Shown piece after piece: positions 41,389-50,092 of a stretch of 64,000 nt of DNA. The notes under the pieces were generated by a model. The model searched no databases. It was not told the origin of the DNA and saw only the letters and a program-made list of their open reading frames with translations. The DNA is from a bacterium (GTDB lineage: Bacteria > Oederibacteriota > CAKKQC01): the NCBI GenBank assembly GCA_919901855.1, contig CAKKQC010000007.1, forward strand, positions 87,517-151,516, read 5' to 3'. Every line of letters starts with the position of its first letter. The first letter of the stretch is position 1. The position numbers were made by a program, and so were the translations under genes.

Positions 41389-44300
41389 ATGACCGAACCC
41401 GCGACACCGCGCACGCCGCCGCCGGACGACTTCGACGGCACCCTGCGGCAGACCGACGAGGCCGTCGGGAAGACCCGGGATCTCTCCGTGCCCACCGGGG
41501 TCGAACAGCAGGCGAACGCCCCACGGATAGCCGGGTATGTCTTGACCGCCCTGCTGGGGCAGGGCGCGTACGCGCAGGTGTGGAAGGCGTGGCAGGTGCG
41601 GACGCGGAAGTGGGTGGCCATCAAGTGCTTCCTGGCGCGGGGCGGCGTGAACTGGATGCTCCTCCAGCGGGAGATGGAGCGATTGATCCGGCTGGACAAG
41701 CACCCGCACATCGTCTCCCTGCTCGATGCGGACCTGACGGCCGATCCTGCCTGGTATGCGCTCGACCTGCTGGAGGCGGGGTCGCTGGAGCAGTACGTGG
41801 ACCCGGCGAAGCTGGTGGGCGTGGACTCGGCGGCGAAGTGGATGGAGGAGATCGCGGAAGCGCTGTCGTATGTGCACACGAAGGGGATCATCCACTGCGA
41901 CCTGAAGCCGGCGAACGTGTTGTTGGACGACATGGGGCACGCGCGGGTGGCGGACTTCGGGCAGTCGAAGGTCCTGAACGAGTCGTCGGGCGCGCTGGGC
42001 ACGCTGTTCTACATGGCTCCGGAGCAGGCCATGATCTCGCAGGGCGGGGCGGGAATCCAGCCGGACGTGCGGTGGGACGTGTACGCGCTGGGCGCGAGCG
42101 CGTATGCGGTGCTGACGGGGAAGGTGCCGAACCTCGAGAGCCTGAAGGACCGGCTCACGACCAGCCCGGGGCTCGAGGACCGGCTGAGCGCGTACCGGGA
42201 GCTGACGCGGGGGGCCGTGCTCCCGTCGGCGCGGGAGGTGCGTGGCCTGGTGGTGGACGAGGACCTGTCCGCGATCGTGGGCAAGTGCCTTGCCTACGAC
42301 CCGGATGCGCGATACGACTCGATGGGAGCGGTGCTCGCGGATCTCAAGGCGCGGCGGGAGTCGCGACCGGTGACTCCGTTGGCTGCGAGTCGACGCTACC
42401 GAACGGGGAAGTTCCTGCGGCGCAACGCGATCTTGGTTGCCGTTTGCGGCATCGCGCTGGTTGCGCTCGCGGGAGCATTCAGCCAGGTCGTGCGGAAGCA
42501 GAGGCTCGCCACCCGCCAGTTGGCGGACTCCTACCTTCTGCGGGCTGAGCAGATGGCCGCGCAGGATGATGTGCCGGCCGCCGCCATCTACTCCGCGGAG
42601 GCCAACCGCATCCTGCCTTCCGCGGTGGCGCGCATGAACGGAATGGCATTCCTGAGCGAGATGGACATGCCTGTGTTCGAGGCGCGGGACGAGCACGAAC
42701 TGAAGCTGGCCGATTTCTGCGCGGATGGCGCGCAGATCGTGACCCTCTGCGACGAGGGGGAAATCAGGAGGTGGGATGCGGAGACCGGCAAGCCGGTCAG
42801 AGGCACCGTGAAGCTGGCCGGGGCCGGGCCGGGGATAGCCTTCGCCGAGATCAGCCAGGACCGGCGGACACTGCTCACCTGCGGTGATGGGGGGAAGGCC
42901 TGGGGGGGCGTCACGGTTCGGGTGTGGGATGTCGCAACCGGGAAGGCGATGGGTGAGCCCCTGAAGATGGGCCCGTTGATGACGATCGGGGGCTGGAATC
43001 TCGGCGCCATCTTCAGTCCGGACGGCGGACGCGTGCTGACTTTCGGTAACAGCGCGGTAGCCAGGCTGTGGGATGGGCGGAACCTGCGGGCGGTTGGCAA
43101 GGGCTTCGTGTGCGGCAGCACGGTGAGGGCCGCGGCGTTCAGTCCGGACGGGATGAGCGTGGCCACCGGAGGACAGGATGGGGTGCAACTCTGGAACATC
43201 AAGTCCGGCAAGGCATTGAACCTGCGGCATGGGGCGGAGGTCAGCCAGATATCCTTCAGCCGGGACGGCCGGTTGCTGGTGGTGGCGGGGGGGGCAGGCG
43301 TGCGCGTGTGGGATACCCGCACTGGTAAACAGGTCGGGCTGGAGTTCCGGCACGACAAGGATGTCAAGTTCGCGGCGCTCAGCCCGGATGGGTCGGGCCT
43401 GCTGACGGGGGGCGATGACCAGACCGGCCGGATGTGGGACGTCGGGACCGGCGAGCTCGTTCGCGGCGACCTGCGGCATCATGGGATGCTGCTCGGGGGG
43501 GAGTTCAGTCAGTACGGGACCCGTGTATTGACGGGTGCCGCCGACAACACTGCCCGGGTCTGGGGTCCCGAGCCGGGCAATCCACCCCTTCTGGTTCTAC
43601 ATCACGAGCGCCGACTCCTGGACGCCGTCTTCGGCCCGGACGGCACGAAGATCCTCACCCGGATGGAAGGCGGATCGGTGCGCATATGGGATGTGGCGCA
43701 GGCCGACCGGAAGGTGAGGACCATCCGTCCGAGCCCCTGGCTGGCGGATGTCCGGTTCAACCCGCGCCGGAACCTTATGGCCGTCGTGGACGGCTACGGA
43801 GCCATCACGCTGTTCCGGCGTGCGCGGCGCGGCTGGACCTACGTAGCGAAACACCCGTCGCTGGGCGGCATCCAGAAGGTATTCCTGGACTCGGAAGGCA
43901 AACGGGTGGTCGGCGTCGGCTGGGACAACTCCCTCGCGATCAGGGACGCCGGGAACGGGGAGATCGTCGCCCAGGTGCCTCCGGGGCCCGGAGAATGCCT
44001 GCTCGCGATGCCGAGTCCGGACGGGTTGCGGATCGTGACGGTGAGCCGTGATGCCGGGAGCGGCGATTTCGTATTCCGGGCTTTCAGAATGGAGGACGGG
44101 AAGCCCGACGGCAAACCGTTCACGGCCAAGGGCGGCGCCCCGTGGCTCGCCCTCAGCCCTGATTGCCGCAATGTCGTGCTGAAATCCGGCGACGGGAAGA
44201 CAACAAGGGTCTTCGATTTGGCGACCGGTTCTCAGGTGGGCTCTGACATGCGGCACGATTCCATTGTGCGCTACGTGCACTACGGCCAGGACGGTGAAGG

Positions 44301-46428
44301 GATTCTGGTGATCACCGAGGACGGGAAGGTCCGGCTCTGGGATCCGCGGACCGGACGGGCGGAAGGCCGGGCTTTCTCGTGCGGGCAGATCCTTGCGCTC
44401 ATCAGAGCCGAGGATGGCTGGCGAGCCCTCGAGGGCCGGCCGGGGTCCTTGCGCATCTGGGACGCAAAGCGGGGTGTGGCCGTGGGCCGGGATCTCTGGA
44501 TGCAGGGCGGGCTAACTTCGGTCTCCGCGTATCCCGGAGGAGGTAGGTTGTTGACCGGATGCAACGATGGTTCCGTCCAGCTCTGGGACCTGCGGACGGG
44601 GAGTCCGATCGGTTCCCCGGTCAGGTTTGCGAACGGCACGCGAAGCGTGGATCTGGGGAAGGACGGCACGGCTGCCGCGTTCAACTGGGTCGAGATGCGG
44701 GTCTGGAGCATCCACGATACCGACACGGCGGTGGAGCCGGATGACCTGGTCCTGCGCGCGCAGGTGATGACCCGCTGCCGGGTGGATGAGGCCGGCCGAA
44801 CGGAAGTCCTGACTCCCGCGGCGTGGCAGGCACTCTCGGCGCGTCTTTCGGCCGGGAAGCCGGCCGGGCCGGAGGGAAGCGGGACGGCGGACTGGTCGGC
44901 CGTAACGAGCCGCGCCCTTTCGGTCGGTGCCGGGCAGGTGGACCTCGCCGGAGCCTTGCGCGAACTGGGCCGGCTGATGTCCAGCGGCGCGCCGATTCTG
45001 GACGCCCTGGACGCCGTCGGCAAGAAATGCTCCGACCGGGCGCTGGCGGAAGCATTCGGCGAAGTCCGCAAGTCGCTCAGGGAGGGGATGTCGCTCGCCG
45101 GGCCCATGCGCGCCACCGGCGCTTTCCCTCCGCTCGTGATCCACCTGGTGTCCGCGGGATGCGAAATAGGCAAGCTGGACGCGATGCTGATCAAGGCGGC
45201 GGACCTGCTTCGGTCGCCGGTGGCGGGGAGCAACAGCGTTAAGGCCGAAACGGCGGCGGCCATGCGAGCGTTTGAGGCCATGACCGCCGCGGATTTGCGG
45301 ACGGGGCAATCGCTGGCGATTATAGGCGAATGGACAGCGAATACCGAGTTGCGCAAGGTCCTGTCGGGCATGGCGGACGAGCTCAACAGGAAAGTCAGCC
45401 TTCCCGCGGTTCTTGCCGCTCATGTGAACGTCTTCGGCGCCACCTGGCTCGGCAGAATCCCGCGCGGTAGCGAAGGAGACTGGAATGCGGTACTGAAAGC
45501 GCTTGCCGACTCCCTCGAGGAGGAGTTGATGAGGAGCGGAGTGGCGGGGAGCAACGCAGGAGGCTCCGTTGACGTGATGGAATGGGCGCTCAGCCGGGGC
45601 GGTGGGGGAGGGACAGCCGGCACTGGGCCGTTGCCGTTAGGCGATCTGGGGTTGGATCGGTCTGAGCAGGGCGCGATCGACCGCGCTTTGTCCGCCGGGC
45701 GGGGTCTCATCCTGTTCACGGGACCTGACGGGTCCGGCAAGACGACCACGGCCATTGCAGCCTTGGCCCGCGTCCGCGGCAAGAAGATCCACCTGGTGGG
45801 GGAGCATGTCGAGGAGTTGGAGCGTGCGGGAGCTTCCTTCCTTTCGACCGCCGGGGGTGGATTGGGATCCGCGCTCGAGTTGCTCGCGAAGAAGCCCGCA
45901 GGCGTGGTCCTCGTGGGCGACCTCGGGGATGCCTCCGAAATCCGGCTCGTCGGCAAGCTCGTTGCCGCAGGGCACCTGGTTATAGCCGTGGCCAGGGGCG
46001 ACGACTGCGCGGAGGTGGTTGCGCGGTTTGCCGGGCTCGTGGACCCGGCCACGGGGAAGCCGGTCGATGCCAAGGCGTTTTCCGACGCGCTCTCGCTGGT
46101 CGTTTCCCAGCGCCTGCTCCGCCGGGTATGCCGCGCCTGCGCGATACCCGCGGGGGACGGGACTGGCGAGTTCGCGGGCGTCTCCCTCATGAAGGGCGCG
46201 GGATGCCCGGCGTGCGGCAATTCGGGGTTCAAGGGCCGGGTCGCATCCTTCGAGCTTCTCCCGGCCACGGCGGCGGTCCGCGCCGCGGTGGCGAAGCGGG
46301 CCCGGGTGGAAGTCATCCGGAGTCTTGCGCTCAAGGAGGGCCTGATCCCGATGCGTCAGGCGGCGGTCGCGCAAGTTAAGGCCGGGCTGACGACGCCAGA
46401 TGAGTTCAGGAAGGGAGGGTTCCGCTAG
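41389..46428 (+). CDS. Ser/Thr kinase-WD40 protein fused to PilC/GspF-like domains and a degenerate PilB/GspE-type ATPase
   Basis: Kinase motifs, WD40 repeats, SSGAPILDAL...EGMSLA...FPPLVIHLVSAG..GKLD, GLILFTGPDGSGKTTT, SQRLLRRVCRAC...GCPAC..GFKGR. Confidence 0.85.
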   Translation: MTEPATPRTPPPDDFDGTLRQTDEAVGKTRDLSVPTGVEQQANAPRIAGYVLTALLGQGAYAQVWKAWQVRTRKWVAIKCFLARGGVNWMLLQREMERLIRLDKHPHIVSLLDADLTADPAWYALDLLEAGSLEQYVDPAKLVGVDSAAKWMEEIAEALSYVHTKGIIHCDLKPANVLLDDMGHARVADFGQSKVLNESSGALGTLFYMAPEQAMISQGGAGIQPDVRWDVYALGASAYAVLTGKVPNLESLKDRLTTSPGLEDRLSAYRELTRGAVLPSAREVRGLVVDEDLSAIVGKCLAYDPDARYDSMGAVLADLKARRESRPVTPLAASRRYRTGKFLRRNAILVAVCGIALVALAGAFSQVVRKQRLATRQLADSYLLRAEQMAAQDDVPAAAIYSAEANRILPSAVARMNGMAFLSEMDMPVFEARDEHELKLADFCADGAQIVTLCDEGEIRRWDAETGKPVRGTVKLAGAGPGIAFAEISQDRRTLLTCGDGGKAWGGVTVRVWDVATGKAMGEPLKMGPLMTIGGWNLGAIFSPDGGRVLTFGNSAVARLWDGRNLRAVGKGFVCGSTVRAAAFSPDGMSVATGGQDGVQLWNIKSGKALNLRHGAEVSQISFSRDGRLLVVAGGAGVRVWDTRTGKQVGLEFRHDKDVKFAALSPDGSGLLTGGDDQTGRMWDVGTGELVRGDLRHHGMLLGGEFSQYGTRVLTGAADNTARVWGPEPGNPPLLVLHHERRLLDAVFGPDGTKILTRMEGGSVRIWDVAQADRKVRTIRPSPWLADVRFNPRRNLMAVVDGYGAITLFRRARRGWTYVAKHPSLGGIQKVFLDSEGKRVVGVGWDNSLAIRDAGNGEIVAQVPPGPGECLLAMPSPDGLRIVTVSRDAGSGDFVFRAFRMEDGKPDGKPFTAKGGAPWLALSPDCRNVVLKSGDGKTTRVFDLATGSQVGSDMRHDSIVRYVHYGQDGEGILVITEDGKVRLWDPRTGRAEGRAFSCGQILALIRAEDGWRALEGRPGSLRIWDAKRGVAVGRDLWMQGGLTSVSAYPGGGRLLTGCNDGSVQLWDLRTGSPIGSPVRFANGTRSVDLGKDGTAAAFNWVEMRVWSIHDTDTAVEPDDLVLRAQVMTRCRVDEAGRTEVLTPAAWQALSARLSAGKPAGPEGSGTADWSAVTSRALSVGAGQVDLAGALRELGRLMSSGAPILDALDAVGKKCSDRALAEAFGEVRKSLREGMSLAGPMRATGAFPPLVIHLVSAGCEIGKLDAMLIKAADLLRSPVAGSNSVKAETAAAMRAFEAMTAADLRTGQSLAIIGEWTANTELRKVLSGMADELNRKVSLPAVLAAHVNVFGATWLGRIPRGSEGDWNAVLKALADSLEEELMRSGVAGSNAGGSVDVMEWALSRGGGGGTAGTGPLPLGDLGLDRSEQGAIDRALSAGRGLILFTGPDGSGKTTTAIAALARVRGKKIHLVGEHVEELERAGASFLSTAGGGLGSALELLAKKPAGVVLVGDLGDASEIRLVGKLVAAGHLVIAVARGDDCAEVVARFAGLVDPATGKPVDAKAFSDALSLVVSQRLLRRVCRACAIPAGDGTGEFAGVSLMKGAGCPACGNSGFKGRVASFELLPATAAVRAAVAKRARVEVIRSLALKEGLIPMRQAAVAQVKAGLTTPDEFRKGGFR
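41422..42384 (+). repeat. Kinase-domain duplication, copy 2
   Basis: Matches 35281-36243. Confidence 0.85.
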
Positions 46429-46483
46429 ATATGCCAAGTGAAACGCACAACCCGCGCCGATCCGCAGCAGGAAAAGTGAAGCC

Positions 46484-48172
46484 ATGAGCTGGTTCATCGA
46501 GGCGCGGCCGAAGGGCGGAACGCCTGTAAGGCTCGAGATCATGCCCGGGAAGCCGGTAGTGATCGGCCGGTCCGACCAGGCGGACATGAAGGTTGCGGGC
46601 GACGGGTTCCTGAGCAGGCGGCATGTGGAGGTCAAGCTAGACGGGAAGCGGCTCGCGGTTCGCCGGCTCGAAGGCGCGTCGAACCCGGTCCTCTTCCGTG
46701 GCCAGGAGTCGGCGGAGTTCGCGATGGGGACCAACGACTGGTTCGCGATCGGGGAGACCCGGTTCGTCCTGCTCGGCGGCGAGGGAATGGTGCCGATCAA
46801 GACCGAAACGGACGACGCCCCCGCGGTCCAGCACACGATGAGCGAGGCCGACCTCTACGCGATGGGGGGGCGGGCGGACCGCATGCGGCTCCTGGACCTC
46901 GTCGAGCTGCCCGAGATGCTGAGGTCGATGAAGCGTGAGGAGTTCTTCGTGCACCTCGCCGGGATGATCCGGCTGGCCACCGACGCCCGATGGGCGGCGG
47001 TGGCGAACGAGAACGGCGAGGTGATCGCCCGGGACTGCATCGAGGACGCGCCGGCGGAATGGCGGATGAGCCGGTCCGTGATCAAGGCGGCCTTGCGCGA
47101 CGCGCCGCGGCCGACGCTGTGCGTCTGGGGCGGGACCGCCGGGTTCGAGGCGACGGTGCAGGAGGGGACCGACTGGGCGATCTGCGCCGCGATGAAGGTT
47201 CCGGGCGGCGCCCCGCTCGTGCTCTATGCCGCGGGCGAGGGGGGGGAGGAAGCCGCGCGCCGGCACGAGGAGAACTCGCGGTTCATTGGCCTCGTCGCGG
47301 ACATGGTGGGGCGCAGCCTCTCGGTCCACCGGCTGGAGTCGTGGCAGGGGCGCCTCGAGCACTACTTCTCCGGGCCCGTCATCTCCAAGATCCTGGAGTC
47401 CAGCGATCCCAAGGGGCTGGAGCCCCGGATCTCGCCGGCGACGATCATGTTCTTCGACATCCGCGGGTTCTCGAAGCGCACGGAGGGGCAGAACGAGCGC
47501 ATCCTGTCCTACCTGGGGGAGCTCCGCCGGATCATGACCGCGATGACCGAGGAGATCTTCAACGAGGGCGGCAACGTGCTCCAGTATCTGGGCGACGGCA
47601 TCATGGCGTGCTGGAACGTCCCGATCGAGGTGCCGAACCACGTGGACGGGGCGGTCCGCGCCGCGATGCGGATGGCCACGCGCCTTGGGGAAATGACCGA
47701 CGGCTGGAAGTGCGGGATCGGGCTGCACACGGGCGACGTCGTGGCGGGGTCGCTGGGGTCGGACCTCATGTTCTCGTACGGGGTCATGGGCGCGGTCGTG
47801 AACCAGTCGTCCCGGGTGGAGGGGATCACGAAGCACGTCGAGACCCCGATCCTGGTGACGAAGGAGATCGCGGAAAAGCTCTCGCCGGCGGTGGCGTTGA
47901 CCAGGCGGATCGGCCGGTTCCAGCCTGCGGGCATGCACGTCGCGCTCGATCTCTACGAGCCCCTGCCGCCCGACGCCGAGCGCGAGCCGCTCGCCGTCTA
48001 CGCGAAGGGCCTCGAGATCTTCGAGCGGGGCGACTGGGAGGAAGCCTACAAGGTCCTCGACCAGCTCGGCCACGAGGACCGGCCGGCGCGGTTCATCAAG
48101 GCGCTGGCCGAGAGCTACCGGCGCCATCCCCCCAAGGGCTGGCAGGGCATCATCGAGTTGAGCGAGAAGTAG
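46484..48172 (+). CDS. FHA domain plus class III adenylate/guanylate cyclase
   Basis: VVIGRS...LSRRH (FHA); IMFFDIRGFS, YLGDGIMA, IGLHTGDVVAG, YGVMGAVVNQSSRVEG. Confidence 0.85.
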   Translation: MSWFIEARPKGGTPVRLEIMPGKPVVIGRSDQADMKVAGDGFLSRRHVEVKLDGKRLAVRRLEGASNPVLFRGQESAEFAMGTNDWFAIGETRFVLLGGEGMVPIKTETDDAPAVQHTMSEADLYAMGGRADRMRLLDLVELPEMLRSMKREEFFVHLAGMIRLATDARWAAVANENGEVIARDCIEDAPAEWRMSRSVIKAALRDAPRPTLCVWGGTAGFEATVQEGTDWAICAAMKVPGGAPLVLYAAGEGGEEAARRHEENSRFIGLVADMVGRSLSVHRLESWQGRLEHYFSGPVISKILESSDPKGLEPRISPATIMFFDIRGFSKRTEGQNERILSYLGELRRIMTAMTEEIFNEGGNVLQYLGDGIMACWNVPIEVPNHVDGAVRAAMRMATRLGEMTDGWKCGIGLHTGDVVAGSLGSDLMFSYGVMGAVVNQSSRVEGITKHVETPILVTKEIAEKLSPAVALTRRIGRFQPAGMHVALDLYEPLPPDAEREPLAVYAKGLEIFERGDWEEAYKVLDQLGHEDRPARFIKALAESYRRHPPKGWQGIIELSEK

Positions 48173-48183
48173 GCTCTCGGGCG

Positions 48184-48555
48184 CTACGGGCGGGGAAGGC
48201 GCCGGGGGAGGCGGGTGATCAATTGCCGCGCGATCTCCTCGTCGACGGCGAGGTCCGAGGTTTCCTCGGAGAGGTAGCCGGTCACCTCGGCGCGGATCCC
48301 GTCGAAAAGCCGGGCCGCGGGTGTGTCCGCTCTCGCGGCGCGACCCTGGGAAAGCTCGTGGCTCACGATCCGGACCCGCTTGGCCAGCTCCCGGACGCAG
48401 AGGTCGTGGACGGCCGCGATCAGTTCCTGCGGCGTCGCTCCGGTCCGTCCGTGCCGGGTTAGCAGGAGCACGAGCGCCCGGCGGAACCGCGCCCGGCGCT
48501 GGTTCAGCAGGCGGTCAATCCTGACGCGGATCGCGGTCGGGGAGATCGGGGGCAT
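48184..48555 (-). CDS. Hypothetical protein
   Basis: ORF starting MPPISPTAIRVRIDRLL; no recognisable motif; start uncertain. Confidence 0.4.
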   Translation of the reverse strand: MPPISPTAIRVRIDRLLNQRRARFRRALVLLLTRHGRTGATPQELIAAVHDLCVRELAKRVRIVSHELSQGRAARADTPAARLFDGIRAEVTGYLSEETSDLAVDEEIARQLITRLPRRLPRP

Positions 48556-49021
48556 TCTTCGGGTCCTCCGGCTTCGATGATCCTCCCGGGGGCTTCGGGG
48601 GGGATGTGACGTCCGACACCGGGGTCGAGGCGACCCTGGCGGCATCCTCGGCCGCATCCACTTCCCGGTCGTGCCGGCGCGCCATCTCTTCCTCGCCGAG
48701 TTCCTCGGCCATGATCTGCTCGAGCGACTGCCAGCGCGCGCCGGTCAGGGAGGCGCGCTGGCTGAACTGGAGGTCCTTCCAGACCTGATTCGCGTATTCA
48801 TGCCCGGCCATGGCTCCGGCCCGCCAGCCGAACCAGGCGACCGGGAGCAGCAGGATGATCGTCCAGCGCGTGGGGTTCTCGGTCATCCCGGGGAGGAACA
48901 GCCAGATGATCTCCCGGCCGATCAGGACCGCCATGGCGGTGCAGATGAGGATGGCGAACCAGCGCTTGCGCCTGGCCTCCCGGAACCGGGCCCGGAAGGC
49001 CTCCGGCGAGGTGTCGTCCAT
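48515..49021 (-). CDS. Hypothetical membrane protein (2 TM)
   Basis: Two hydrophobic segments; TAAGAT 6 nt upstream of ATG. Confidence 0.6.
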   Translation of the reverse strand: MDDTSPEAFRARFREARRKRWFAILICTAMAVLIGREIIWLFLPGMTENPTRWTIILLLPVAWFGWRAGAMAGHEYANQVWKDLQFSQRASLTGARWQSLEQIMAEELGEEEMARRHDREVDAAEDAARVASTPVSDVTSPPKPPGGSSKPEDPKNAPDLPDRDPRQD

Positions 49022-49054
49022 GTCCGTATCTTATCCGAGAGTACAATGATTCCG

Positions 49055-50080
49055 ATGAAAGCCGCCATGCTCACCGGGCCCCGCCGGATCGCCGTGCTCG
49101 AGGTGCCTGTCCCGCGTCCGAAACGGGGGGAAGCGCTCGTGCGGGTGCGGGCGGTGGGCATCTGCCGGTCAGACCTCCACTACTACCTTCACGGCCGGAT
49201 CGGGAGCCAGGTGGTGGAGTCGTACCCGCAGGCGCTCGGCCACGAGCCCGCGGGGGAAGTGGCGGCGCTGGGACCGGGGGTCCGGGGACTCCGGGTCGGC
49301 GACCGGGTAGCCGTCGAGCCCGCGGTCCCCTGCGGGAAGTGCGCGATGTGCCGGGCGGGGCGCGGGAACATCTGCGCGAAGGTCCGGTTTCTCGGGATGC
49401 CGGGTCTGCCCGGGGCCTTCTGCGAATACCTGGCTTGGCCGGCCGCGAGTCTCGCCAGGATCCCGGCGTCGGTGTCGTTCGCCGAGGCCGCCGCCCTCGA
49501 GCCGTTCGCCATCGGCGTCCACGCGGTTTCGCTCTTCGGATCGCGTCGAATCCGCACGGCCGCCGTCGTAGGGTGCGGCCCGGTCGGGGTCTCGGTGGTC
49601 GCCGCGCTGACATTCCGGCGCGCGGCGGTGACGGCCTGCGACTACGTTCCGGCGCGGCTCCGCGTCGCCCGGCGAATGGGCGCCGGTCGCACCATTCGGA
49701 TCGATCCGCGACGTCCCATGGGGCTTCAGGCGGCCGCGCTGGGGGCTCCCGAAGTCGTCGTCGAGGCCGGCGGCACCACCGAGTCGCTCGATCTCGCGAT
49801 CCGGGTCATCAGGGCCGGCGGGACGATCGCGGTAATCGGGATCATGGACGAGGACCTGACCCCCGTGGACCTGCACGTGGCGCGGCGCAAGGAGCTCGTG
49901 ATCCTGAACGTGCGCCGGTCGAACGGCGAGCTGCCCGCGTGCATCCGCCTGCTGGCGTCCCGCCGCGTCGATCTGCGTCCCATGGTGACCCACCAGGGGG
50001 GGCTTTCTGACGCGGCCCGGCTCTTCCGGCTCGCGGCCGGCCGCTCGGGCGGCGTCGTCAAAGCGCTCATCCTGCCGTAA
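49055..50080 (+). CDS. Zinc-dependent alcohol dehydrogenase (sorbitol/L-iditol dehydrogenase-like)
   Basis: GICRSDLH, GHE, CGKCAMC...C structural Zn site, GCGPVG; TACAAT 7 nt upstream. Confidence 0.85.
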   Translation: MKAAMLTGPRRIAVLEVPVPRPKRGEALVRVRAVGICRSDLHYYLHGRIGSQVVESYPQALGHEPAGEVAALGPGVRGLRVGDRVAVEPAVPCGKCAMCRAGRGNICAKVRFLGMPGLPGAFCEYLAWPAASLARIPASVSFAEAAALEPFAIGVHAVSLFGSRRIRTAAVVGCGPVGVSVVAALTFRRAAVTACDYVPARLRVARRMGAGRTIRIDPRRPMGLQAAALGAPEVVVEAGGTTESLDLAIRVIRAGGTIAVIGIMDEDLTPVDLHVARRKELVILNVRRSNGELPACIRLLASRRVDLRPMVTHQGGLSDAARLFRLAAGRSGGVVKALILP

Positions 50081-50092
50081 GCGCCACCCGTA

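Noticed and set aside
35281-42384. DGR template/variable repeat pair (kinase duplication, or the 813-bp repeat)
   Set aside because: Both copies are coding and far longer than a TR/VR pair, differences are not adenine-specific, they are distant from the RT, and no avd gene is seen.
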